From: Candidatus Omnitrophota bacterium
GTDB lineage: Bacteria > Omnitrophota > Omnitrophia > Omnitrophales > JACROU01
Assembly: GCA_029261035.1 (NCBI GenBank)
Contig: JAJDCD010000005.1
Location: 91,516-155,515, forward strand
DNA length: 64,000 nucleotides
Direction of reading: 5' to 3'
Part shown: positions 29,624-39,631 of the stretch, piece by piece
How positions within the stretch are numbered: the stretch's first letter is position 1
Layout: the number at the start of each line of letters is the position of its first letter
Notes under the pieces: model-generated
The model's input: only the letters and a program-made list of their open reading frames with translations
What the model was told of the DNA's origin: nothing
The model's database searches: none
Made by a program: the position numbers and the translations under genes

Positions 29624-29728
29624 AATGAGTTTTAGCTCTATTTCTGCAGTTTGACATCCTACTTAAATCGTTTACTCTTATAGATATAGGAATGTAATAA
29701 AAAACTTATTAAATATATTAAAAATACA

Positions 29729-29756
29729 TTGAATATTCCATATTTTGTGGTATATT
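29729..29756 (+). promoter_or_regulatory. Sigma-70-like promoter candidate for giant gene 1
   Basis: -35 'TTGAAT' (29729-29734), a 16-nt spacer ending in 'TGG', and -10 'TATATT' (29751-29756), about 125 nt upstream of ATG 29880. Confidence 0.4.
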
Positions 29757-29879
29757 TTTACCTTCATCACCATATAGCTCACGGACTTAGAGATGCTCGC
29801 TTATTTACATGGAGGAGGTGATAAGGTGTTTTAGCTCACCAGCTAAAGCAAAAACCACTCAATAGTTAGGATATCGTTA

Positions 29880-32800
29880 ATGACGTTAAAGTCTTTTCAA
29901 AAATCTCAGATTTTTGTTCGTTCTATAAGTATGCTAGTTCTGTCTGTCTTTTTGTTAGACTCTACGGTACAGGCCAGTCAGCTTAGTGTTCTTTCTCAGC
30001 AAGCTCCTTTAATTGTTGCTCCCAAGTATTTAAAATTACCTAATATTATTCCATCAGCAGAAGTAGCTCAGGTGGACGATTACTTCCTAAATGATTTATC
30101 TCACAAACCTATTCTTTATTTAATTCAAGATGCTCATGAGAGCTTAGACGCTCAGAAAAATATATATCAACTTTTAAAAATGTTAGTTCAAGAACGCGGA
30201 GTAAAAAAGGTTTATTTTGAGGGGGGAGCTACAGAATTAGATAAATCTTTTTATCAGTTTTCCAATAAGCCAAAGTTAAATCAAGATGTCTGGGAAGCCT
30301 TATTTGAATCAGGAGAGATGAATGGTGTTGAGTTTTACTCTACACAAGCGCCTGAGTATGTTCGTTTTTTAGGTGTTGAAGATGAATCATTGTATTTTGA
30401 AAATGTTTATGCCTTGAAAAAGGTATTTGATCTTCAAGATTTAACAAAAGAAAGATTAAATGAGGTAGAGCGGAAAATAGAGAATCTTAAGGGGGTTCAT
30501 TTAACCGGAGACTTGAAAAAAGTTTGGGATCTTCAGCAAAGCTTCGATAAAAAGCATATTGATTTATTTCAGTATGCAAACGAAGTGAGTCGTTGGACTG
30601 AGAAAGAGTTGCGTCTGGATATGTCTCAGGTTAGAAATCAGGATGCATGGCCTCAGTTGGTTCGTTTACAGCAAATCCGTATTTTAGAACAAGGAATACA
30701 ACAATCTCAAAAGGCCTTGCGCGTAGAGCTTCAATTGATTCAAGAAAGAAATAGAGGGGAAGTATTCCAACCATTTTCATTTTTATGGAACCCACAACAG
30801 CATGCTTTAGCTCAAGGGCATTTGAGATGGTATTTTGAAAAGTGTCTAGATCTCTTGAAAAAAAATAATCAATCTTTTAGTAAAGATTATCCACACCTAG
30901 AAAGCTGGATTGGTTTTCATATACTTAAAGATGAAATAAAAGCTTCAGATTTATTTAACGAGATTCAAGTATTGACGAATAAAGTTATTGAAAATATAGA
31001 AGTTTCCAATAACAGCAAATCTTTTTTGAGTTGGCTTCAGAAATGGAATTTATTTCAGAAATTAATCTTGGTTAAACTAAATAAAGAAGAGTGGCTTCAG
31101 ATTTTAAATCAAGAAGAAGCGTATGACCCTGTTAAACTATTAAATAATCCAGAATACTTCCAAGAACCTATTGAGAGTCTGGATATACTTCATCAACTTT
31201 ATCAAGAATCCCTTCAGAATTACCATTGTGTTACCCAAAGAGATCAGACTCTTTTTAATAAGATGATTCAAGACATTACTGCAAGTCCATCAGATTCCGT
31301 TTTGGTCATGGGAGGTTTTCATTCAGACGCCGTAAAAGCCTTGTTGAAACAAGAAAGGCAAAGCTTTGTTGTTTTTAATCCTGGAATTAAAGACTTGTCT
31401 CATACATTAGATTACAAATCCTTAATGACAAGAAACTCTATAAGTTCAATGAAGGAAGTTTCCCGAGATCAGGTAGCGGTTCCTTATGAAGCGGCATTTG
31501 GTGCAGATTCAAAAAATATCATTCCTTACCAAGAAGCTGTTCGTCAGCAAGCTCAGATTGCCTTGGCCGCAAGTTTAGGAAAAGTGAAGCATGGTGATGA
31601 GCCCTGGTTATCCGCTTTTGTTGCCATTGAATCCTTGATTGATGAGAATGATGTGATTTTTAGACTTGTATTTGAAGACGAATTTACAACGGAATTCCTC
31701 AAAGAAACATTAAGAAATATTTCAGACTCTTCACAAAGAAGGCTTCAAATTGATTCTGCTCATTTACTCAAAACATTTCTTATAACTACTTATGAAGAAA
31801 ACCATGATATCCTTGCCCCCAATTTCAGAGAATGGCTAGAGGAATTCAAAGGTTTGGCGAATGAACTTTATTCTAGAATTATGGAAATTTCAGATGCAGA
31901 GAATATTGCGGGCTTCTTAGAGAAAGGGCTCTTAAGTCAATATGACTCTAAGGGCACAACGACTGATATTGCAAAATTTAATGGGATTATGGATTTGGCA
32001 GGTATTGTTCAGGGAATGAATTCTCCTGTTAGAGATATTTATTCAGCAAGTCGTATAACAAATTTACTTTCTCCAGAAGTTCTTTTCTCTCATTCTGTAG
32101 TTCAAGGTCTGGATTTTGTTCAAGATGGAGAAGAGGTTGTAATCTATCATGAAGAAATTGATGATGAAGACGGAAATATTTTATTTTTTATTTTTATTAT
32201 TGATCAAACAATAGAACAAGGGGATGTTAAATCTACCCAAAGACGTGATTTCTTAATGAGCACCGTAACGGGTGATGTAATTCCTCTTGCTGTGGGGCAC
32301 GAGGATATTTTCTGGACAGAAGAAGATCAGTTACTACATGTCTTATATCCTCCGAATTTGGAAATTACTTATGACGTATTTTTGAAGCTGGATGATGGTG
32401 GGTTCGAGCCATTAAAGGCGCCTTATACAGCAAATAGTTTGGGGGCTTCAGCAGAGGATGGATCTGATCTTTCAAAGCAAGAGCGACTTAAACTACGACG
32501 TAATACTTTAAAATCTGTTTTAGACGATTTGATTGAGGATAAGACCTTTGTTACTTCATGGGGATTAGTTGGTGTTTTAGTGGAAAGAATTCTGGAGAAA
32601 GAACCTCGTTTAGCACAATTTGTGAATCGAAAACTTATTACAAATGACTTAAAGAAACCTGGAATTAAAGATAAATATACTAATTTAAGGAAGTTAATTA
32701 ACAAAAGAAAGGAGTCTTTGTCTGTTGCTGATATATCCTTAAAGACCAATACCATTACAGATGTGCGAAGAGCCTTGATGAAGCAGATTCTTTCCGAAAT

Positions 32801-35800
32801 TGAAGCATCAAATGCTGGGTTAGCAGTAGGAGATCAAGTTAAGTTAACCTCTCATCAACTCTTAGAAATGATGATTCAGAGAAAGCCTGAGTTAAAAGAA
32901 AAAATACGTTTAGATGCAACTCAAAATGATATTGCAAGAGGGATTATAAAAAGCTCAGCGCTATTGACGTATAAGAAACAACCTAAAATTAAAGAAGGTT
33001 TTGATTACACAGCTGTAGCCACAATGAAACAGATATTAGATGAATGGGGAGAGTTGCCAGCTAAAGGAGAAGAGTTATTAGAGCGATTATGGATGATTCA
33101 ACCAAAAGGACTTAGCAATAAGATTGAAATTCCTGCCTTCTATGAATTGGTAGAAAACATACCGTATATCTATTTTCATCCTAATTATACTGCTAGGAGA
33201 TATCGCACGGATAGCAGGAGTATAAATGACTTAAGAAGGACGATACGTAGATTGCTTAATTCGAATAAGGTTTTAACTCCTTTTCAAGTTTGGGAGCAAT
33301 TGAAGAAGAAATCTAAATTTAGAGACTTGTTTTATGTTGATTTCAATCGTGCTTTTCAGGAAGAAGCTTTTCCAGGTCAATTTGAAGAAATGACTCGAGA
33401 GCAAGCTGTTAATGAAATGGTGAGGTGGATACTAAATAGAGGTGTTTTTCAATATAGAATGACGGACCTTCATCAATCGCTTGAAACTGTTTTTGGTATG
33501 AAAATTACTCTTAAAGAGGTTCGGAAAGCTGTTCAAACAAATCAAGAGCTTTACTACCATAAAAGATTTGATGCTGGTAGAGAAAGAAGAGAGCTAATTA
33601 AAACAATTCTAGTGGATTCTGAAGATATCTGGTCTATTTCTTATAGTGCGCTTTTTACATTGTTGACAACGGATTTATTTGATGAGGAAGGTCTTCTTAG
33701 CAGGCTTTCTTTTAAAAAGCTAACAAAAAAACAATTGAATTTAGATTTAGAGATATTGGGAATAGACGATACGAACTCAAGATTGACTTATGTGGATTCT
33801 GGAACTGTAAAACCTTTTGATTATGCAGAGACTAGGGTCTTTGTAGAGGATGTGCTCACTATATTAAACGGAAACAGAAACTTAGAGTTGCAGCAAATTT
33901 TCAAAAAACTTCGAAGAGAGTTTCCTCGCAATGAAATTTATCAAAGGTTGACACTCCAAACATTTAGAAGAGAGTTCACCAACTCTCCTCAACTAGTGCT
34001 GCATCGTAGATATTTACTGCCAAGAGTCAAATATAAGCAAGATCGAACTTTACGTAGAGAGCTTTTAAGGGTGCTTGATGAGTATCCTCGATTGTCTCGA
34101 TATGGTCTTTGGTCTCGTTTACGTCAAAGAAAAGGTTTTGAAAATATTCCTTACTATAGAATTAGACCTTTTTTTGAGTCTGGGAGTGTAGATGATTTAG
34201 AAATTGTAGAGCATAAGAGATTTGGTAATGAGAATGAACGAGGATATATCCGAACTTTTGTGATTTGGATTTTGGATAATGTACCAGTGAAACGAAAGGT
34301 TGTTGTAGGAGATATTCAACAAGCTTTACTTTATGGTTTTGATATTAATGTAACTAGAGAGTTAATTCGGGGTTCAATTTTTCATTCAAGAGACGGATTG
34401 CATTCAGATAATAGGATGGATATAGATCAAGAAAGAAAAGAAATTTTAATTGATTATTTTTCAGATTATAACCTGCAGACAATTTCATTAAGCCAATTAC
34501 AATCTGATCTAAGAGGATTGGCTCAATACCTTGATTTTAGCGATGAAGTTATTTTAGCGGATCTTGAAGCTGTTGGGCTTCTGGACAGAGTTACGCTTGA
34601 AACGGCAACTTTGACGACTGATGGGTCAGAGGTCACTGTGACAGATCCTTTAGATAGTTCTGGTAATACAGTAAGAACTTTAGGGGCTGCTCCAGAAATT
34701 GAGTTAGGAGAGGGGGGTAGCGAAACTCGATTTAGAGTTCGGGATTTAGTTTTAGAAGGAAAAAGAGAACGGCCAGATACAGCCAGTCATTTTGGGTATG
34801 CTCGCATGAATGACGAAGTGATTTCTGCTAGAAGAAGAGAGATGATGAGAATATTAAATGAAGCGCAAGAGCTTGAAGTCCCAATTGGACCTAGAGAATT
34901 GTGGGATTCATTAAGAAGTAGGCCTGGTTTTGAACTTTCTACACTGGCAACTGTATTTTATGATTTAAAACGTATTCCGGAATTGGGTAATCATCCTGGA
35001 AGGAGAAGGGTAGATCGTTTAACTCTCCAAGAGCATGATGATTCTGATGAGAGCTTAATGAGAAAATTAACAGATAGAGTTATGTCTGAAATCACAAGTT
35101 GGAATTTGTTTAGAAGCAATGAAGACAAGCTCTTTCTGACCCCTGAAGAATTATATGATGTTATTATTGAAGCTCATAACTCTTTGGCAGAACGTTTAGG
35201 TCTAGAGCAATTTGTTGCATTTATTTCGGAGGAAAATATTAACTACCAATATCTTGTCGAGAGAAAAAGTTTTTCTGAATTAGAAACTCGTTACCAGGTT
35301 CTAGCGGTTACTTTATTGGTAGACTATTTAAATGAAGAAGGGACCTCACCGGCTAGTATTGAAGAGCACTTTTTAAAGTTAAAGTCCATTGATCCAGATT
35401 TGTTTTCGAGCATTGAAAGCGCATCATTTTTCTCTATTTGGGCTCAGTTCCCACAGCTTAATTATCATCCTAAAATACAAGGGAATAATCGATCTCAATT
35501 GGGATTAGATGAAATAGAGCTTCGGCAATTACAATATAGAATTTCAGGTCGCCTTAATGCTGCTGAACGACCTTTGACATCTCTAGATTTGCAACAGGCG
35601 CTACGAATTGTTAATGGGATGGAAATTGAATTGTCAGAACTGCAAGAAGAACTGCGTTCTCCTGAAAATAGAACGAACTTCTTTGAGCATCCAAATTTTG
35701 ATTCTGGTTATGAACAAAGATTAATGCTTGCTGAAGTGTGGGCAGGTGCTGATGGAATTATGTCTGAGCTTGAATTGTATGAGGAATTCTTTCAACGTTT

Positions 35801-38800
35801 TGGAATGTTACTTACTTTTCCAGAGTTTGAGAACCTTCTTGAAGTAAATAGTGATTTGTTTATTGATTACAGACAAATTGCTAGCTCTGGTAAGGCAAGG
35901 GTGCTACGCATTATGACAAAGGTTTTGGACTATTCAGAACGTTCTCTAACTTATAGAGATCTTCAAGCAATTCTTAAAGAAAAATTCAGTATTTATTTGG
36001 TACCAGCGTATCTTTATAACATCATTACAGAGAAAAATTCATTATCTTATTCTATTGTGAACCATCCAAAATATACTTTCCTTTCAGTGGGTCAACAAGA
36101 AGAAACTCACAAAGACGAAGTCTTTCAAGGGTTTTTAGGTCGCAGGGTGTATGAAGCCCTTTTCGTTACCAATACACGAATTACTACAATTGCTGATATC
36201 AGGGAATTGATTAAGCGAGGATATGTCGTTGGAGAAAGGTCGGATGAAGAAGTAGATCAAGCAATTAAGAATTATATTAATCAATCTATTTTGTTTAGGA
36301 ATGGACAAGGCCAATTTATAGGCCATTCGAACTTACTCGTTGATCTTGATTTTGTTGAACCAACTCGCCCTGGATATGATCAAACCATAACAGAGGCCGA
36401 AGTGGATCTGAGATTTGTGAATGAAGAGGTTGTTGAAGTAGTTACACAGGGACCTTCTGAAGTTAGAAAGATAAAACAAGCAGAAAAAACTAAGCTTGTT
36501 GTAGCTGGTATTTTGGCCATACTGAATGAGGTAGCGGAAGAACAAAAGTATAAGCATGCTGTAGAAAAAAGATTACTTAATGCTAATGATATTGCCGCTC
36601 TTTTAAAAGAACGTTCCCCTGAGCTTTTGCCATCTACGCGAACCCGAAATAATGAAATTTTTCATTATATTTATTCAAATGAGTCTCTTTATCATCATCC
36701 AATGTATGTTAGGCCTTTGAGATCTGGAGAAATTCTAACTGCGGCAGTATCTATTTTAGAGAAAAGTGAAAAAAAATTAGGCTCTTTTGATTTGTGGTTG
36801 GAATTAAGAGATTCTCCAGCTCTTCAAAATATTTCTTTTCGGGACTTTAAAAGAGCTATGAAAAACAGGGATGATCAATTTGATTTGTTTGAAAATTTCA
36901 AACCTTTAAGTGAGTCAGATGAATTAGAAAATGCTTTGCTTTTTATGGATGAATTGACTGCAAATAAAGATTTTTTAGAAATAAAAGGAATGTTAAGAAA
37001 CTTCTTTGATATTGACGCTACACCGGAGTCGATAGTTCGACTGTTAGGGCAAGGTATTGAAATAGATATTGATAACGCATTGAAACAAAGATATTTTGAG
37101 GACTTTATTTCTTTTCAAGTAGGTGGCGGGTATGGGTTAACTTTTGTCGGGGTTTTGAAAGCTTTGGAAGAAAGTTATGGTTGGGAATTGAGAGAAGAAG
37201 AATTGATCAACGTTATTCAAACAAGTTCTAATTTAAGTGTATATAAATATTTCTCGCCACGACTGATTGTTGCTATAGAAGCTAAAAGAATACTAGATAG
37301 GTCGGATAGAAAGATTACTATTGAAGAAATTCATCAACGGATGAAAGAGCGACTTCCTGATGTCAAAAGTATTCATAATGATAATGCTTTAAGCCTTTTA
37401 GACTTTATGATGGAAAGAGACCTTGTTGGTTTATATCACCACCCAAAATTTAAGTCGAAGGATTCTGTAACTATAGAGAAACTGTGGGAAGAATTTAACC
37501 AATTAAATATTTCAGAAATTACAGGAAGTGATTCTGTAAGCATATCCAAGACAAATAAGGATAGAGTTTTGATTGTTACATCTTATAGTCCAAAGCAAGT
37601 AAGACAACGTACTATTTTAGAGGAGTTAGATATTAAATACAACCAGCCTATTCCTGAAAATGCTTGGACTGGATTAAGAAGAGATATGACGGCGGCAGAA
37701 GTATTGAGTGCTATAAAAGAAAAATTTGGAGTTGTTGTTTCCCCCGCAGAATTTAGAAGAATAGCTCTTAGAAAATCTGGTAGTACATCTGACCTGTTAG
37801 CGCATACGCGTTATATGGGTTACATCAACGAAAGAAGGTTAAGGATTAAACAGGTTTTAGACAGGAAAAAAGTAACTCGATTTAGGCTTATGCCTAGTGA
37901 TATTGCGAGAGAAATTTTAGATGAGTTTCAGATATCTGCAACTACAACAGATATTATGAAGGATTTGATTGTTATTGATGGTGGATCTTATATTCATCAT
38001 CCAAATTTTCTACATCAGAGAGAAGTAGTTCAAGCCAAGAAAGATGCTGTAAGAGAGTTGTTGATAGAAATAGCCAATGGAAGAGATGCTGTAGATGTTA
38101 AATTTAGTACTCTTATACCAAAGCTGAAAAATCTATATGGTTTTGAGGTGGCTCTTCGAAGTTTGGAAAAGATTTTTAGAGATAGTAAAAATTACTATGA
38201 TTTTAGAATTAGTCGTCAACAAGGAGATATGACGGCTCATATTCAAAAGTTTAAAACTGATGAGCCTCAAGCGCAACCAACGAAGCCGACTGTTGAAAGA
38301 GCGGAAGCATCTAGTTTGGGTGCAGCAATTAACCGAGATGATGTAATTCGTTTTGAAGAAAGTTACGATGTGACTTTGGAAAGTGTTTTAGATATTATTT
38401 CGGCAACACGGGAAGTATTGGGGCCTGATTTAAGAGACTACTTTCCTTATATTTACAAACAAATGTTAGCAGCACTTGAAAAAGAATCTGAGGTGCAAGT
38501 GCCTGCTTTGGTTGTTGCAGGGGAGGTAAGTCCTGAAGCGGTGCTGGTGCAAGTTAAATCAAATACAACGTTTGTTATTTACTATCAAGACGAAAGTTAT
38601 CCAGAGCAAATTGCTGTTGTAGCAGAAGAATTGATTCAATCAGGATTGATTGCCAGAGAAGATATAGATTCTCATATTCATTTGGTTTCTTTAAGTGATT
38701 TAGGTATTACAGAGCTTGAATTTTATGAACAATTATTTGATGGAGAAAAACTAACAGGTAAGAACCTTGCGCGCATTGCAAATGACGCGGGTATTTACAA

Positions 38801-39116
38801 ATTAAGAGAGCATACAGTATGGTTAGATTCCTCAGAGCGCATTCAAACTGTGATGGAAGATATGCTTGTCCCTTTTGGTCTACCATTTGAAGCAGAGCGC
38901 CGGGATTCTCTTTTAAAAGAGAATCGTGCTTACTATGACATGATTAAATTGACTTTGGCCTCTGCTTTATCTAGAAATCCTAACGCTTTAGTTGAACGGG
39001 GATATGTCATCTTTAAAAATAACCGCTACCAAATGACTGACTCCTTCATCGCTTCATACCTCGAAGGAATCTTGACCCAAGAACGAGTACAAGACCTCAT
39101 TGCCAGCATGGCATAA
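29880..39116 (+). CDS. Giant protein 1 (3078 aa): signal-peptide-like N-terminus, N-domain shared with giants 2 and 3, degenerate internal repeats with a recurrent YHHP-type motif, and a shared C-terminal domain
   Basis: Uninterrupted 9.2-kb ORF. N-domain motifs 'YLIQDAHESLDAQKNI', 'VYFEGG' and 'MGGFHSDAV' are shared with the other two giants. The C-terminal 270 aa are homologous to the ends of giants 2 and 3. Confidence 0.85.
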   Translation: MTLKSFQKSQIFVRSISMLVLSVFLLDSTVQASQLSVLSQQAPLIVAPKYLKLPNIIPSAEVAQVDDYFLNDLSHKPILYLIQDAHESLDAQKNIYQLLKMLVQERGVKKVYFEGGATELDKSFYQFSNKPKLNQDVWEALFESGEMNGVEFYSTQAPEYVRFLGVEDESLYFENVYALKKVFDLQDLTKERLNEVERKIENLKGVHLTGDLKKVWDLQQSFDKKHIDLFQYANEVSRWTEKELRLDMSQVRNQDAWPQLVRLQQIRILEQGIQQSQKALRVELQLIQERNRGEVFQPFSFLWNPQQHALAQGHLRWYFEKCLDLLKKNNQSFSKDYPHLESWIGFHILKDEIKASDLFNEIQVLTNKVIENIEVSNNSKSFLSWLQKWNLFQKLILVKLNKEEWLQILNQEEAYDPVKLLNNPEYFQEPIESLDILHQLYQESLQNYHCVTQRDQTLFNKMIQDITASPSDSVLVMGGFHSDAVKALLKQERQSFVVFNPGIKDLSHTLDYKSLMTRNSISSMKEVSRDQVAVPYEAAFGADSKNIIPYQEAVRQQAQIALAASLGKVKHGDEPWLSAFVAIESLIDENDVIFRLVFEDEFTTEFLKETLRNISDSSQRRLQIDSAHLLKTFLITTYEENHDILAPNFREWLEEFKGLANELYSRIMEISDAENIAGFLEKGLLSQYDSKGTTTDIAKFNGIMDLAGIVQGMNSPVRDIYSASRITNLLSPEVLFSHSVVQGLDFVQDGEEVVIYHEEIDDEDGNILFFIFIIDQTIEQGDVKSTQRRDFLMSTVTGDVIPLAVGHEDIFWTEEDQLLHVLYPPNLEITYDVFLKLDDGGFEPLKAPYTANSLGASAEDGSDLSKQERLKLRRNTLKSVLDDLIEDKTFVTSWGLVGVLVERILEKEPRLAQFVNRKLITNDLKKPGIKDKYTNLRKLINKRKESLSVADISLKTNTITDVRRALMKQILSEIEASNAGLAVGDQVKLTSHQLLEMMIQRKPELKEKIRLDATQNDIARGIIKSSALLTYKKQPKIKEGFDYTAVATMKQILDEWGELPAKGEELLERLWMIQPKGLSNKIEIPAFYELVENIPYIYFHPNYTARRYRTDSRSINDLRRTIRRLLNSNKVLTPFQVWEQLKKKSKFRDLFYVDFNRAFQEEAFPGQFEEMTREQAVNEMVRWILNRGVFQYRMTDLHQSLETVFGMKITLKEVRKAVQTNQELYYHKRFDAGRERRELIKTILVDSEDIWSISYSALFTLLTTDLFDEEGLLSRLSFKKLTKKQLNLDLEILGIDDTNSRLTYVDSGTVKPFDYAETRVFVEDVLTILNGNRNLELQQIFKKLRREFPRNEIYQRLTLQTFRREFTNSPQLVLHRRYLLPRVKYKQDRTLRRELLRVLDEYPRLSRYGLWSRLRQRKGFENIPYYRIRPFFESGSVDDLEIVEHKRFGNENERGYIRTFVIWILDNVPVKRKVVVGDIQQALLYGFDINVTRELIRGSIFHSRDGLHSDNRMDIDQERKEILIDYFSDYNLQTISLSQLQSDLRGLAQYLDFSDEVILADLEAVGLLDRVTLETATLTTDGSEVTVTDPLDSSGNTVRTLGAAPEIELGEGGSETRFRVRDLVLEGKRERPDTASHFGYARMNDEVISARRREMMRILNEAQELEVPIGPRELWDSLRSRPGFELSTLATVFYDLKRIPELGNHPGRRRVDRLTLQEHDDSDESLMRKLTDRVMSEITSWNLFRSNEDKLFLTPEELYDVIIEAHNSLAERLGLEQFVAFISEENINYQYLVERKSFSELETRYQVLAVTLLVDYLNEEGTSPASIEEHFLKLKSIDPDLFSSIESASFFSIWAQFPQLNYHPKIQGNNRSQLGLDEIELRQLQYRISGRLNAAERPLTSLDLQQALRIVNGMEIELSELQEELRSPENRTNFFEHPNFDSGYEQRLMLAEVWAGADGIMSELELYEEFFQRFGMLLTFPEFENLLEVNSDLFIDYRQIASSGKARVLRIMTKVLDYSERSLTYRDLQAILKEKFSIYLVPAYLYNIITEKNSLSYSIVNHPKYTFLSVGQQEETHKDEVFQGFLGRRVYEALFVTNTRITTIADIRELIKRGYVVGERSDEEVDQAIKNYINQSILFRNGQGQFIGHSNLLVDLDFVEPTRPGYDQTITEAEVDLRFVNEEVVEVVTQGPSEVRKIKQAEKTKLVVAGILAILNEVAEEQKYKHAVEKRLLNANDIAALLKERSPELLPSTRTRNNEIFHYIYSNESLYHHPMYVRPLRSGEILTAAVSILEKSEKKLGSFDLWLELRDSPALQNISFRDFKRAMKNRDDQFDLFENFKPLSESDELENALLFMDELTANKDFLEIKGMLRNFFDIDATPESIVRLLGQGIEIDIDNALKQRYFEDFISFQVGGGYGLTFVGVLKALEESYGWELREEELINVIQTSSNLSVYKYFSPRLIVAIEAKRILDRSDRKITIEEIHQRMKERLPDVKSIHNDNALSLLDFMMERDLVGLYHHPKFKSKDSVTIEKLWEEFNQLNISEITGSDSVSISKTNKDRVLIVTSYSPKQVRQRTILEELDIKYNQPIPENAWTGLRRDMTAAEVLSAIKEKFGVVVSPAEFRRIALRKSGSTSDLLAHTRYMGYINERRLRIKQVLDRKKVTRFRLMPSDIAREILDEFQISATTTDIMKDLIVIDGGSYIHHPNFLHQREVVQAKKDAVRELLIEIANGRDAVDVKFSTLIPKLKNLYGFEVALRSLEKIFRDSKNYYDFRISRQQGDMTAHIQKFKTDEPQAQPTKPTVERAEASSLGAAINRDDVIRFEESYDVTLESVLDIISATREVLGPDLRDYFPYIYKQMLAALEKESEVQVPALVVAGEVSPEAVLVQVKSNTTFVIYYQDESYPEQIAVVAEELIQSGLIAREDIDSHIHLVSLSDLGITELEFYEQLFDGEKLTGKNLARIANDAGIYKLREHTVWLDSSERIQTVMEDMLVPFGLPFEAERRDSLLKENRAYYDMIKLTLASALSRNPNALVERGYVIFKNNRYQMTDSFIASYLEGILTQERVQDLIASMA

Positions 39117-39274
39117 CGACAAAATACGCAGGTTCGTCATGCGCTACAAATAGGCGTGTCCGGCAAACGTCAGCATCTATCTTTTTTTAATAATAGATTA
39201 CCACAGCAAAAAAGTTTCTTATTTAAAGTCTATTTCCACTCATTTGGGTCCGGGCCCGAACGACTAAGGAAATT

Positions 39275-39316
39275 CTGTCATCTTTGAGCCTAAGCGAAGG
39301 ATGACAAGATTTTTTC
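39275..39316 (+). terminator. Terminator-like hairpin plus T-run downstream of giant gene 1
   Basis: 'tctgtcatc' ... 'gatgacaag' stem followed by 'tttttt'. Confidence 0.4.
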
Positions 39317-39317
39317 C

Positions 39318-39366
39318 AAACAGGCCCGGGCCTCTTTTTTTCGAAAAAAGTAGGCCCGGGCCTGTT
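39318..39366. repeat. 49-bp palindromic element, copy 1 (two GGCCCGGGCC-core palindromes flanking a T7/A6 hairpin)
   Basis: 'aaacAGGCCCGGGCCTctttttttcgaaaaaagtAGGCCCGGGCCTgttt'. Near-identical to 45443-45494. A third, degenerate 'gggtccgggccc' lies at 39246. Confidence 0.6.
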
Positions 39367-39631
39367 TACGTATTTACGGTTAGGTAAAAAAGGGCATATT
39401 TGACTTAAATTGTTTATTTATATCTATTTAAATTTCAGAATCTTAAAATTCCTTCATTTTTTTCGATTTTCCTCATAATTAGTACTTGAAATATAAAGTC
39501 TATAGGGTAGAATTACGTCTAAATTATCCTTTGTTAAAGTATTAAAAAAATATAATTTTTCTCAAAGGTTCTCACATTAGCTTAAAGGAGTAAGCGAATA
39601 TAATACGACAACAAAGAAAGGGACCGCTCCC

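Noticed and set aside
36135-36557. Small minus-strand ORFs (63 and 74 aa) inside giant gene 1, and similar ones inside giants 2 and 3 (e.g. 41896-42180, 42787-43089, 49752-50063)
   Set aside because: They are antisense to a continuous, motif-rich coding frame. They show no RBS, no conservation between paralogous regions and skewed composition.
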